This document shows positions 1 to 10,024 of a DNA stretch of 64,000 nucleotides, one piece after another. The notes under the pieces were generated by a model. The model saw nothing but the letters and a program-made list of their open reading frames with translations, was not told where the DNA came from and did no database searches. The DNA lies in the NCBI RefSeq assembly GCF_009914755.1, contig NC_060926.1. One strand, 5' to 3'. The DNA is from the human T2T-CHM13v2.0 reference genome, Homo sapiens. A program made the position numbers and the translations under genes. Numbering within the stretch: the first letter of the stretch is position 1; the number at the start of each line of letters is the position of its first letter.

Positions 1-584
1 AAAAATAGACTTGGGAAGGATGAGAAATATTAGCACAGATATGTGAAGGTCAACAGGCATTATGACATGCCTTCCATTTCTGCTCTTAAATTAAAACATA
101 TAATGATGAAACAAGACTTCCTTAAACTACCATATGTTTACATGAAATCCAGAGGAGAAAGACTCTGATGCTTTTGTGCCCACTGAGATGCGTGCCTATG
201 AAGAGGTGCAGCATGATACACTAAATGGACATCCCAGTAAAGGCAGCTGCTGTTGGGCATAAGATGCCATTGAAGGTGCCTTAAATGAAACCTGTGTTCC
301 TAATGAATGCCAGTCATTAAAAAGGCACAGTGGCAGGGGTTGCTTGGCACTGAAGACCCAGAGTTTCTTCTTAGTTCTGTGTTACTGGTTGTGGTTGGAG
401 GAAGACACAGGTCATCTGAAGGAGAACAATCCAGTAATGTCCATAATGAATGATCTAGAAGTAGAGGTGATTCTCTAGCTGCCTGCCAGAATGGGGAGTC
501 ATTCTCGTAAAGATTGCCTCCCTGCCTTTTAGCCATGGTGATAGAACTTGTTATTAACTTGTTTTTATTTTCTTTATATTATAG

Positions 585-635
585 TGGACATCCCAGAAAT
601 ACATGAGAGAGAAGGATATGAAGATGAAATTGATG
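585..635 (+). CDS. NRP2: NRP2 51-nt in-frame exon encoding the 17-aa juxtamembrane insert (V)DIPEIHEREGYEDEID of NRP2a(17)/(22)
   Basis: T-rich tract ending ..ttctttatattatAG (583-584), donor G|GTGAGT at 636. The phase 1-1 translation matches the recognised neuropilin-2 linker peptide and splices in frame to the exon at 3104. Confidence 0.93.
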
Positions 636-1559
636 GTGAGTACTGTTATGATTTAGCAGGTAATCGTAAAATTCAAGTTTGGTTATAAAGGTGTCAACAA
701 AAATAATGCTCTGGGTATCGGAGGGCCCAAATCTAGAACTATCAGTCAGAAATATATAAAAGAATCTGGAGAAAAATGAGGGAACCATCAATGGATCTGT
801 CAGGGTCAACTTTAGAGGTTTAGAAAGTTTATTGAGTTCCTCTGCCTAATCTGAAACAGATCCCCTCTTTCCAGTAACTTTTTACCTGGATGGACTTTGA
901 ATCTGAATAAACCCTTTACAAGTGAAAGATCAGCTCCTCCATACGTGTCATAGTCTGAATCTTTTGACCTTCTCCCAAAAATGGCCTGAGTGAATGAGCA
1001 TAATGTGAATATTCTCCCAGACCTGCTGTGGTTTCTGGTTCCCTGGCTTGGGGGAAACCTTCCTCACACTATTCAAGATTCCAATTTGGAGCTTCTTGCA
1101 AGATTTCGGTTTCTTTTTCACACTGACCATCTCGTATCTTTATATTTATTCCAAGTTCTATTTTTCCACTGCAAACACATATACTTCAAGAGGCTAGAGG
1201 GCTGCTGAGCAAATATGTAGATGTAATTTCTTCCCTCAACTCAGAATAGCACAGGTCTCTCTCTGGGCTTCTCTGAGTACCAGAGTTGATCTCCAACAGA
1301 CTCAACAGCAAGATTCCACTTAAAGAATAACTGTAGACTAAGATTGATGAATTTAAGAGGAACAGTTTATAGAGCAGCTGCTTTTAACCTGCCTTTAATC
1401 AGAAACTTCATGCGTAGTTATAGAAACTGGAGTGACTAACCCAAACAGCACCTTGTTAACTGACTGCAGACTCTCCCTGCAAAACCCAGTCCAACACTCC
1501 TTTTATGGGCAAAAGTGCATGACCAACCTACATGGAGAGACCGCAGTAGATCAGGCAGA

Positions 1560-1760
1560 GGCGCACTGGAATGGAGTAGAAAGGGCAATGGGTAAGGAGG
1601 CAGAAAGCCTGATCTCCATTCCTGCTTTAACTGCTTGCTAAGCCTGTGACCTGGAGTGAGTTACCTAGTTGCCTAATTTCTTTAAACCTCAGTTTCCTCA
1701 CCTATTAAAATATATATAATATCCTGCCTTCTTCATGGGATTATTAGGATATTTCAAAAA
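1560..1760 (+). mobile_element. MIR SINE relic
   Basis: MIR core ..tgtgacctgg..cctcagtttcctcacctattaaaa. Confidence 0.65.
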
Positions 1761-1810
1761 ATGATGCCCAGATGTGGGCATGCCTTGGCCACAGTGTAGA
1801 AACGTAATTA

Positions 1811-2206
1811 GATTAGTCTGCTAGGGCTTCCAGAACAGAGCACCACTGACTGGGTGGCTTACAACAGACATATATTTTCTCACAGTTCTGGAGGCTAGAA
1901 ATGTAAGATCAACATGTGGACAGGGTTGGTTCCTTCTGAGGGCTGTAAGAAAGGATCTATTCTAGCTCTGTCTCCTTGGCTTGGAGATGGCCATTCTCCT
2001 GTTCATACGATGTTCTCTCATGTGTGTGTCTCAGAATTTCCCCTTTTTCTAAGGATACCACTTTTATCGGATAAAGGTCCACCCTCATGACCTTATTTTA
2101 ACTTGATAACATCTGTAAAGGCCTTATCTCCAAATAAGGTGGTGAGGGTTAGGACTTCAATATGAATTTAAGTGTCTGGGAGGGGGATACAGTTCAACCA
2201 GTAACA
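1811..2206 (-). mobile_element. MaLR solo LTR (MLT1B/C-like)
   Basis: ctcacagttctggaggctagaa..., ends gatacagttcaaccagtaaca. Confidence 0.75.
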
Positions 2207-2440
2207 ATAAGGCACGATGCCTTATTATTAAAGGAGGTCTGATGGCTGGGAAAAATCTGCTGCTTATATGGCCAGGAATACCAAATTAGGAAACTCATCA
2301 TGTGCAAATAGTCCCAGACTGTCCTTTCATTAGCTTGAGGAGGTTGGAAAGGAGGGATGTAGAGGTTGCCTTGAACACAAGGCCATCCTAGGTGCTGTAA
2401 AGCCACCCCAAAGGTGCTGTTAAAATCAGAGCTTACCTAA

Positions 2441-2759
<319 letters not shown>

Positions 2760-2774
2760 TCAAATTATTTAAAT

Positions 2775-3015
2775 ATCGGATACTTAGTACTTACTATGTT
2801 GCAGACACCAAGCACTTTACAAATATTAGTTCATGTAATCCTCCTAACAACCCAGTTGAGGCAGATTTTACTATTATCCCCATTTCAAAGAGGAGAAAAC
2901 TGAAGCAAAGAGAGGTTCAATAGCTTGCCCAAAGTTACACAGCTAGGATGCGGCCAGGCTGGGCTTTGAACCCAGGCAGTCTAATTCCAGAGCTGCTGCT
3001 GCTAACTACTGTGCT
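2775..3015 (-). mobile_element. MIR, near full length
   Basis: tattatccccatttcaaagaggagaaaactgaagca..ttgcccaaagttacacagctag. Confidence 0.85.
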
Positions 3016-3103
3016 CTGAAGAGCCTCTGGGCTGGGGAGGCTCAGTCACTTCACCCTGACATAGGCAGTGCCTGCAATCTCTCATGAATTTTATGTATCG
3101 CAG

Positions 3104-3408
3104 ATGAATACGAGGTGGACTGGAGCAATTCTTCTTCTGCAACCTCAGGGTCTGGCGCCCCCTCGACCGACAAAGAAAAGAGCTGGCTGTACACCCTGGA
3201 TCCCATCCTCATCACCATCATCGCCATGAGCTCACTGGGCGTCCTCCTGGGGGCCACCTGTGCAGGCCTCCTGCTCTACTGCACCTGTTCCTACTCGGGC
3301 CTGAGCTCCCGAAGCTGCACCACACTGGAGAACTACAACTTCGAGCTCTACGATGGCCTTAAGCACAAGGTCAAGATGAACCACCAAAAGTGCTGCTCCG
3401 AGGCATGA
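3104..3408 (+). CDS. NRP2: NRP2a terminal coding exon: (D)EYEVDWSN...transmembrane helix...cytoplasmic tail ...KCCSEA*
   Basis: Acceptor cgcAG at 3102-3103. Translation contains hydrophobic ILITIIAMSSLGVLLGATCAGLLLY, the neuropilin LENYNFEL motif and C-terminal SEA, with TGA at 3406-3408. Confidence 0.98.
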
Positions 3409-3711
3409 CGGATTGCACCTGAATCCTATCTGACGTTTCATTCCAGCAAGAGGGGCTGGGGAAGATTACATTTTTTTTTCCTTTGGAAACTGAATGCCAT
3501 AATCTCGATCAAACCGATCCAGAATACCGAAGGTATGGACAGGACAGAAAAGCGAGTCGCAGGAGGAAGGGAGATGCAGCCGCACAGGGGATGATTACCC
3601 TCCTAGGACCGCGGTGGCTAAGTCATTGCAGGAACGGGGCTGTGTTCTCTGCTGGGACAAAACAGGAGCTCATCTCTTTGGGGTCACAGTTCTATTTTGT
3701 TTGTGAGTTTG

Positions 3712-3738
3712 TATTATTATTATTATTATTATTATTAT
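3712..3738 (+). repeat. (TAT)9 microsatellite in the 3'UTR
   Basis: Read directly from the sequence. Confidence 0.95.
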
Positions 3739-3892
3739 ATTTTATTTCTTTGGTCTGTGAGCAACTCAAAGAGGCAGAAGAGGAGAATGACTTTTCCAGA
3801 ATAGAAGTGGAGCAGTGATCATTATTCTCCGCTTTCTCTTTCTAATCAACACTTGAAAAGCAAAGTGTCTTTTCAGCCTTTCCATCTTTACA

Positions 3893-3898
3893 AATAAA
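3893..3898 (+). terminator. Candidate proximal polyadenylation signal AATAAA
   Basis: Canonical hexamer ~490 nt after the stop, but only a modest GT/T-rich downstream element. Confidence 0.35.
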
Positions 3899-4739
3899 AC
3901 TCAAAAAAGCCGTCCAGCTTATCCCATCCTCTGATTGTCTTCTGACTTAAGGGATTTACTGTGGTGTAGGTTCTGCCAGCCAACCCTACAAGCTGCCATT
4001 TCCAGTCCTAGCATTTAAGTAGGATGTTGTTGCCTTTAACTTTTCTTATCCAGGGGAAAATTGCCATTTTAGGGTCAGCATGAACAGCTCTTTCTTGTAT
4101 GCGATTTAAAACAAACTGGAAAGGAAACTTCACACGTCAAAATCCATAGAAGCGCCTGGACGAGGCTTAAAGTGCTTTGTGAGTGAATAGGAGCCATTCG
4201 CTAATTCTAGACCCACAGTGTCTGGTGGTGGGGCTTCCCTTGTGGGGCTTCTGGTGGTGGTTTTGCCTTTTCTTTTCCCTCCTCCATGTTCTTCTAAAAC
4301 ATATACATATATACATACACACATACACATATTCTTCAGGTCTCTAAGCCCCTGGAAGCAGCATTGTGTGATATTCTCAGAGGCAGGGGAAAATAGAGGG
4401 AAAAATAGAGACTATTGGTATGTTCTCCCCATCAGCGAGTTATTGTAACTGGTCACCACTGGACGGGAAGGAGAACAGAGGAGAGGGAAAGAGAAGCCCA
4501 ACCTCTGTGATCATATGAGGGCCAAGGCTGAGCAGTGTAGACAGAGACCCTTTGAAATGCATTTGTCTCTCAAATAGACTAGTAAACACCGACTTCTCCT
4601 TTGGGTTACAAACACCATTTCAACCTTTCGGGAGAGTCAGAGCTAGGATGTACAAGAACTGATTCTAACCAGAAGTCCGCAAGTACTGTGGACAAGAATG
4701 CTTAACCATGCTGCTTCAGCCTTGAGAGACCTAGGTTCT

Positions 4740-4814
4740 TACACATATGCACACACGCATACACACATGCACGCACACACACATACACACATGCACGCAC
4801 GCACGCATGCACAC
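4740..4814 (+). repeat. Alternating purine-pyrimidine (CA/GCAC/CATG) tract in the 3'UTR
   Basis: About 75 nt of uninterrupted RY alternation, read directly. Confidence 0.9.
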
Positions 4815-6393
4815 CAATTTATGTTTTTATTAAGTGCCTTGAAAAAATGAAGAAAAATGTATTTTCCCTTTATGTAAAAATTAGTGAATATCTTATGAAT
4901 TAAGGCATTCCTCTTTCCCTAACCCCGATGGCTCCATTCCCAAGTACCCCAACTCACTGCTGATCCTATTAAAGGAATGAGTCCTGCTACCCGAGTGGTA
5001 GTCATAGCCCTAGATGACTCTCAACTACTCTTCAAAGGGAGGCATCAGGAATAGAATGAAACTGTGTGAAGGATAAGATTGTTCGCATCAAGATCCAAAT
5101 CTTGATTTCATATTAACGCCTAAGGATTGCCTGTGTGCTGGAAATATATTTGAAACTCAACCAGTATGCCCAGCCTATTGCATATCATTGTCAGACCATT
5201 TTTGCTGCTGTGGTCACCCACGATTTCATTTGTCTTATACCCAGGTGAAAGGGGAAGGGTGAATGGGACTGGCTGGTTCCTTTAAATGTTAACTTATGGA
5301 AATGCTAGTTCAAATGGTAATGTCACAGTGTTTTGTATGCAGAGAGCAAGAGTTCAACCAACAGCTGTTTATTCATGTGTGTGTGTCTTTGCTGCTTTGA
5401 GTTCTCTGTATCTACTGTGTATGTGAATGGTCATGTGGGACTCAGTGGTGGTGTTGTGACTTTGACCTAGGGTCCGAGTGTCACAGCTGATCTTGGCACT
5501 CGGCACTCATTGGCACAGTGGTAGTTAGAGGTGAAAAGTAGAGCTGTCAAGCCCAAGGGCTTAGCTTTAGGGCTCCTCCTGAGTTCGGCCCACAGTAGAA
5601 GCAAGATTTTAACTAGCCCCTTTTCCTCTTCACCCTCCCATGATGCGCAGTGTTCAGAAAGCTGGTAAGTCCTAGGGATTTCCAGAAGTAGCCTGCAGAA
5701 GAAGGTAAGTTTGAAAGCCACTCCAGGGGTCCTGATGCTGTCATGCTCAGTGAGCCATTTTACAGTTCTCCAAAGTCTAGCCCTGTTTCGGACCTGCACT
5801 TCACCTCTAAGTTATGTACAACTCAACCTGCATCCCTCTAAAAGTCCTATATCCATATTCACCATTGGCTAATTTGAGGCCCTGAGTGGGCCTTGAATGC
5901 TAAAAAGAAGCAGGGTACGCAGGGCTACATGTAGATACCACACCAAGGCTGGAGGCTGGTCTGTCATAAGACAGAAAGAAAGACGCTGGGCCCAATTTTG
6001 ACTTGGCCAGGGGACACCTTGGTGTGTTTGTTATCTTTATCTGTGGGTAGGCTAGCTGACCCATCTCCTTGAGTCATTCCCTTTGGGAAACCCCACTGCC
6101 AGTATTGATCTCCTTTTTGCCTTGTACTGAATGACACATTACCTCCACACTCTCCCGGACTAGGTGGTCAACAGGGCCACAGGGTTGCTTTCTGTCTTTG
6201 GTGGGGCAGGGGAGTTGACAGGGATGAGGGTCCAAGGAATAAGCATGAATGACAAGAAAACAAGGGAAAGAGTTAACCTGTCACATAGCAGGTTAACTTT
6301 TTCAGGGTTTGCAGTTAGAGGTATTCGACCATTCACTGGCTGAGCCAGATCACGGGAACTTGAGAGCTTTTACTGTGATTCTTCAATGTAAAA

Positions 6394-6515
6394 AATAAAC
6401 AACAATGTCAAACTGTGTTTATATGATTTGTATAAAGCCTTTTTAAGATTACTATTTAAATAAACATTATACCAGAGATATTTTTCTGCATCGTGGTTTT
6501 TTTTTTTTTTTTTTT
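6394..6515 (+). terminator. Distal polyadenylation region: AATAAA at 6394-6399 and 6459-6464, downstream GTGG plus T19 (6497-6515)
   Basis: Two canonical hexamers, upstream TGTA motifs and a strong U-rich downstream element. Transposon sequence begins immediately afterwards. Confidence 0.85.
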
Positions 6516-6619
6516 CTCTGCATTGTCTTTATTGGAGACAAACAGATCCGGGATAAGGGTGACCAAATTGTCCCACTTTGCCTGAGACTTTTTCAGGTTT
6601 TTAGCACTGAATGTCCTGT

Positions 6620-7424
6620 TGAAATAGGATAGTTCCCTCAACCCATTCACAGGACTCATGATAGGGTGGCTTGCTTACTCAGCCTGCAGCTCTCAACCCC
6701 TTGTGGGAGGGGGAGAACACAGGAGAGCAGGCGCAGAGGCCAGGATGAGCACTTTTGGGCAACCGGCAGGAGCAGAACCCTGTGCGGGCCTGCGGCAGAG
6801 TCTAGGGGTCGCCCATGACCCCTGGAGCCCCAGAGGGCCTGTGTTACAGTGCGCTCTTCTAGCTTTGCCATCCACGGATGGCTTAAGTGTTAAACAGCTC
6901 AGTGTAGGGTCATGATGACAGCCTCTTGCACCCACACTCAGGTTCTTGTCTAGCATCCAGGAGGAATGAGGTTTCACAAATTTGAGGTTGGTGAATGTGG
7001 AGGATTTTATTTAGTGGTGGAAGTGGCTCTCAATGGAATGGGGAGCTGGAAAGGGGATGGAGTGGGAAGGTGGTCTTCCCCTGGAGTTTGGGCATCCCTG
7101 GCCAAACTCTTCTCCGAGGTCCCGCTACCAAGTTGTCCCTCTGAAGTCAAGCTGCTTCTCTCCAACATCTGGCTGCTGCTTCTCTCCTTCTCTGCCACTC
7201 TGCCACTCTGCTGCTCTGCTGCTCTGCTGGTGGGGCCTGGGGTTTTCTTTGGGTACAGGATGGGGGACAGGGCAGGCCAGGGTGGTTTTAGAAAAGGTAA
7301 CATTCAGGCAGGAAAACAAGAATGTATGTTCTCACTTTGGGCCGCAGTACCAAAGAAGAGGGTGGTACCCTTACCAGATACCACCCTCTTCTACCCAGTA
7401 TTTCCTTGCCTCCTGTCCCTATCA
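6620..7424 (-). mobile_element. ERV1 solo LTR (LTR1/LTR28 group)
   Basis: Minus strand begins TGATAGGGACAGGAGGCAAGGAAATACTGGGTAGAAGAGGG, TG..CA ends, 4-bp TSD ctgt (6616-6619 / 7425-7428). Confidence 0.8.
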
Positions 7425-7444
7425 CTGTGTCCTGGAAAACCCTT

Positions 7445-7829
7445 TGTCTGAGTGAGCTTGGTATAACAGACTACCACAGACTTGGTGGCTTAAACGACAG
7501 ACATACATTTCTGACAGTTCTGATGGCTGGGAAGTCCAAGATCAAGGCACCAACAGATTCAGTGTCTGACGAGGGCTCTCTTCCTAGCTTTTAGATGGCT
7601 GCCTTCTCTCTGTGTGCTCACCTGGCCTTTCCATAGAGAGAGATCTTTCTGTCTTCTTCTTCTAATAAGAGCACTAATCCCATCATGAGGGTGGGACATA
7701 ATGACCCACCTCATGACCTAATCTAAACATAATTACCTCCCAAAGGCCCCAAATCCTAATACCATCAAAATGGTAGTTGAGGCTTTGATGTATGAATTTT
7801 AGAAGGACACAAACATTCAGTCCATAATA
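7445..7829 (-). mobile_element. MaLR solo LTR (MLT1A0-like)
   Basis: ggctgggaagtccaagatcaagg..gcactaatcccatcatgaggg..ggacacaaacattcagtccataa. Confidence 0.8.
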
Positions 7830-8142
7830 CCCCTCGATCCTGGGCAAACTGAGATGGTAAGTCATCCTCTTGGGATAATGTTTCTTCTCAGCATTTGAAG
7901 CAGTAGGCTAATGGGCAGGTTGGCTTCTTATAAAATGAAGATAGTGTGGGAATGGGTGATGGGCCATCTGGCCAGATGGGCTACTTTAACTCAGAGTCCT
8001 ACCTGGTAGACTTCAGAGGCTGTGACCTGTACAAACTCTTCCTCCCTGGACATCACCAGGCCCTGCAACTTTAGATTGTTTGCTCCTTCCTTTGTGGTCA
8101 AACCCTTGATTGTCAATATCTCTGGTGGTTTCAGCATCTGTG

Positions 8143-8335
8143 ATGGTGCTTCTCAAAGTGTGGTTCTTGGCCAGCAGTGTTAGCATCATTGGGGAACTTG
8201 TCAGAGGAGATGTATATGCTTAGGTTCCATCCCAGATCTACTGAATCAGAAGCTCTGGGGGTGGGGTCTAGGGATTTGTGCTTCAGCAAAGCCCACCAGG
8301 GGAATCTGCTGCTCTTTCAAATTTAAGAACCACTG
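8143..8335. mobile_element. MER5A-like DNA transposon
   Basis: ttctcaaagtgtggt..ctactgaatcagaagctctggggg..aagaaccactg. Confidence 0.75.
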
Positions 8336-8344
8336 ATCCAGTAG

Positions 8345-8495
8345 AAATGAAAATGTTTGTATCCTCCTAAAATTCCTACATCAAAGCTTCAATCCCCATC
8401 ACGATGGTATTAGACCGTGCGGTCTTTGGGAGGTGATTAAGTCATGAGCTGGGTCATTAGGTCCCACCCTCATGATGGGATTAGTGCCTTTAGTG
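8345..8495 (+). mobile_element. MaLR LTR 5' fragment (MLT1A/MST-like)
   Basis: ctttgggaggtgattaagtcatgag..ccctcatgatgggattagtgcctt. Confidence 0.6.
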
Positions 8496-9979
8496 GAAGA
8501 ACTATCCTGGCCTCAGGTGACTGAGGTGATTGAGGACCTTTTCACCTATTGGTTATTGGATTCAAAACTACCTAGGTAGTACAATAAGTTCCCTGGCAAG
8601 GGGGAGGGAGACACTTCATTATGAACCTCCCTCCCCATGGAAGCTCTGAACCTGAGCCAAATTTGCCGCCATCCTGGGGCTCTGTTTACCCTGAAAAGGA
8701 AATTTGTTTCGGTCTCTTATTTAAGAAATGTTTTTGAGCAGTTCCTGATTTTGTAAGCTCTTAGAGCTTCCACTCAGGGAGGGGACGGGAAGCAAACAGC
8801 CAAATGCAAGAACATGATCAACAAAGGAGAAGGGCTGGAGATGGGGCTGGGAAGGTAAAGGGCCAGGACACACTGCACCTTAAGGCCCCAGTGAGGAAGT
8901 GCTCTCTCTTCTGTATCATTCTTCTGCTCTTTTTAATTGATAAAAAAGGGCAGCCCCCACTACCACCCATTCCTCACTGACCAATAATGTCACCATAGTC
9001 AAATCTCTGCAATTTCCCTCTTTGACCCTCCTGTGATCTTACGATATCTTGTGTATCCTGGGATGCCTGCTTCTATTGTATTACTGACCCTAGCAACAAT
9101 AACAGAGGTTAAAATGAAAACAAATTTCTTCTCTCCTTTAGTTGAGCTTTTGGGTATTTTTAAAGCCCTAATAAACTAATAATATCTCCTGGTCCCTAGC
9201 CAGCAAGTGTTTACATAAGACCTTTTTTTTTTTTTTTCTAATCTACATCCTTCTGGAAATGTTTACATGAAACTCAGGGGAGGCAGGCTGGCCAGTGAAA
9301 CGAGGTTGGAACAGGACCATGGTTGAAGAAAACAGGACCCATCTGGATGCAGAGGCCGCCTTTGCCCCTGTGACGTTGGTGGTGTTGATGGGGGTGTGGG
9401 AGGGAACCTGAAGAGGTTGAAAGATGACTCAATTTCAGTTCTCACAGCCTTCAGGCTCTAATCCCAGGCTGAGCTAAACAAAACTCTTGGGAAAAAGATC
9501 TCTCCACCGGGGGATAAAGGGTGTGAGATGGGGAGTGGGGTGGTGGGAGGGGGTGATGGTCAGAACAGCAAATGCAACCAGTGGTGGGGGCTGAGAGCTA
9601 CCTCACCATCCACCCTAGGGGCTCACAGTAACTTAACAGTCATTCCCATCAACACAATGGGAAGAGTTCTGGAAGCTTACAGGTCGCCCCAGGCTGAGGC
9701 AAAGGCAGGGCTTGCCCCTGAATTCCTATCTCTCAGAACTCTTGAGCCACCTTCGCCTGCTGCCCACCCCATCTTCCAAGGCTGGTCCTCTTCCTTCCTG
9801 AGTTTTCTCAGTGACCCTCAGAGGCAGTTCCTGGTGGAAAGACAATGCCTCTCATGTTCTCTCTGGAGGCCCAAGCAAGAGACCTCCAAGGGAACTAAGA
9901 ACCAGATTACTTCTGCAGCTCATCCAGAGAATAACACCTGTTTCCTCACCCTTCCTTGTCAGAAAACCCTATAGGACAA

Positions 9980-9988
9980 GTGTGTGTG

Positions 9989-10022
<34 letters not shown>
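9980..10022 (+). repeat. (TG)n microsatellite, pure (TG)15 at 9993-10022
   Basis: Read directly from the sequence. Confidence 0.95.

Positions 10023-10024
<2 letters not shown>

Larger units (their letters stand above)
3409..6483 (+). other. NRP2: NRP2a 3'UTR (~3.1 kb, free of recognisable interspersed repeats)
   Basis: Runs from the stop codon to tandem AATAAA signals followed by a GT/T-rich downstream element. The exact cleavage site is estimated. Confidence 0.8.
6556..7868. mobile_element. MER81-like hAT DNA transposon split into three pieces (6556-6619, 7425-7444, 7830-7868) by two LTR insertions
   Basis: Left end agggtgacc..ttagcactgaa, middle gtcctggaaaaccc, right end cctgggcaaactgagatggtaagtcatcct. 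Confidence 0.65.

Noticed and set aside
3115-3408. ORF track call of a stand-alone 97-aa protein starting at GTG
   Set aside because: It is the spliced last exon of NRP2. The true boundary is the acceptor at 3103/3104.
3483-3818. 111-aa ORF with poly-Leu in the 3'UTR
   Set aside because: It has a TTG start, the poly-Leu comes from the (TAT)9 repeat, and there is no recognisable homology.
6497-6515. T19 as a possible retrocopy poly(A) tail on the minus strand
   Set aside because: No TSD or adjacent gene body. It is better explained as the U-rich downstream element of the NRP2 poly(A) site.
6656-7455. Cluster of overlapping 64-161-aa ORFs
   Set aside because: All lie within a GC-rich solo LTR and show no gag/pol/env motifs.
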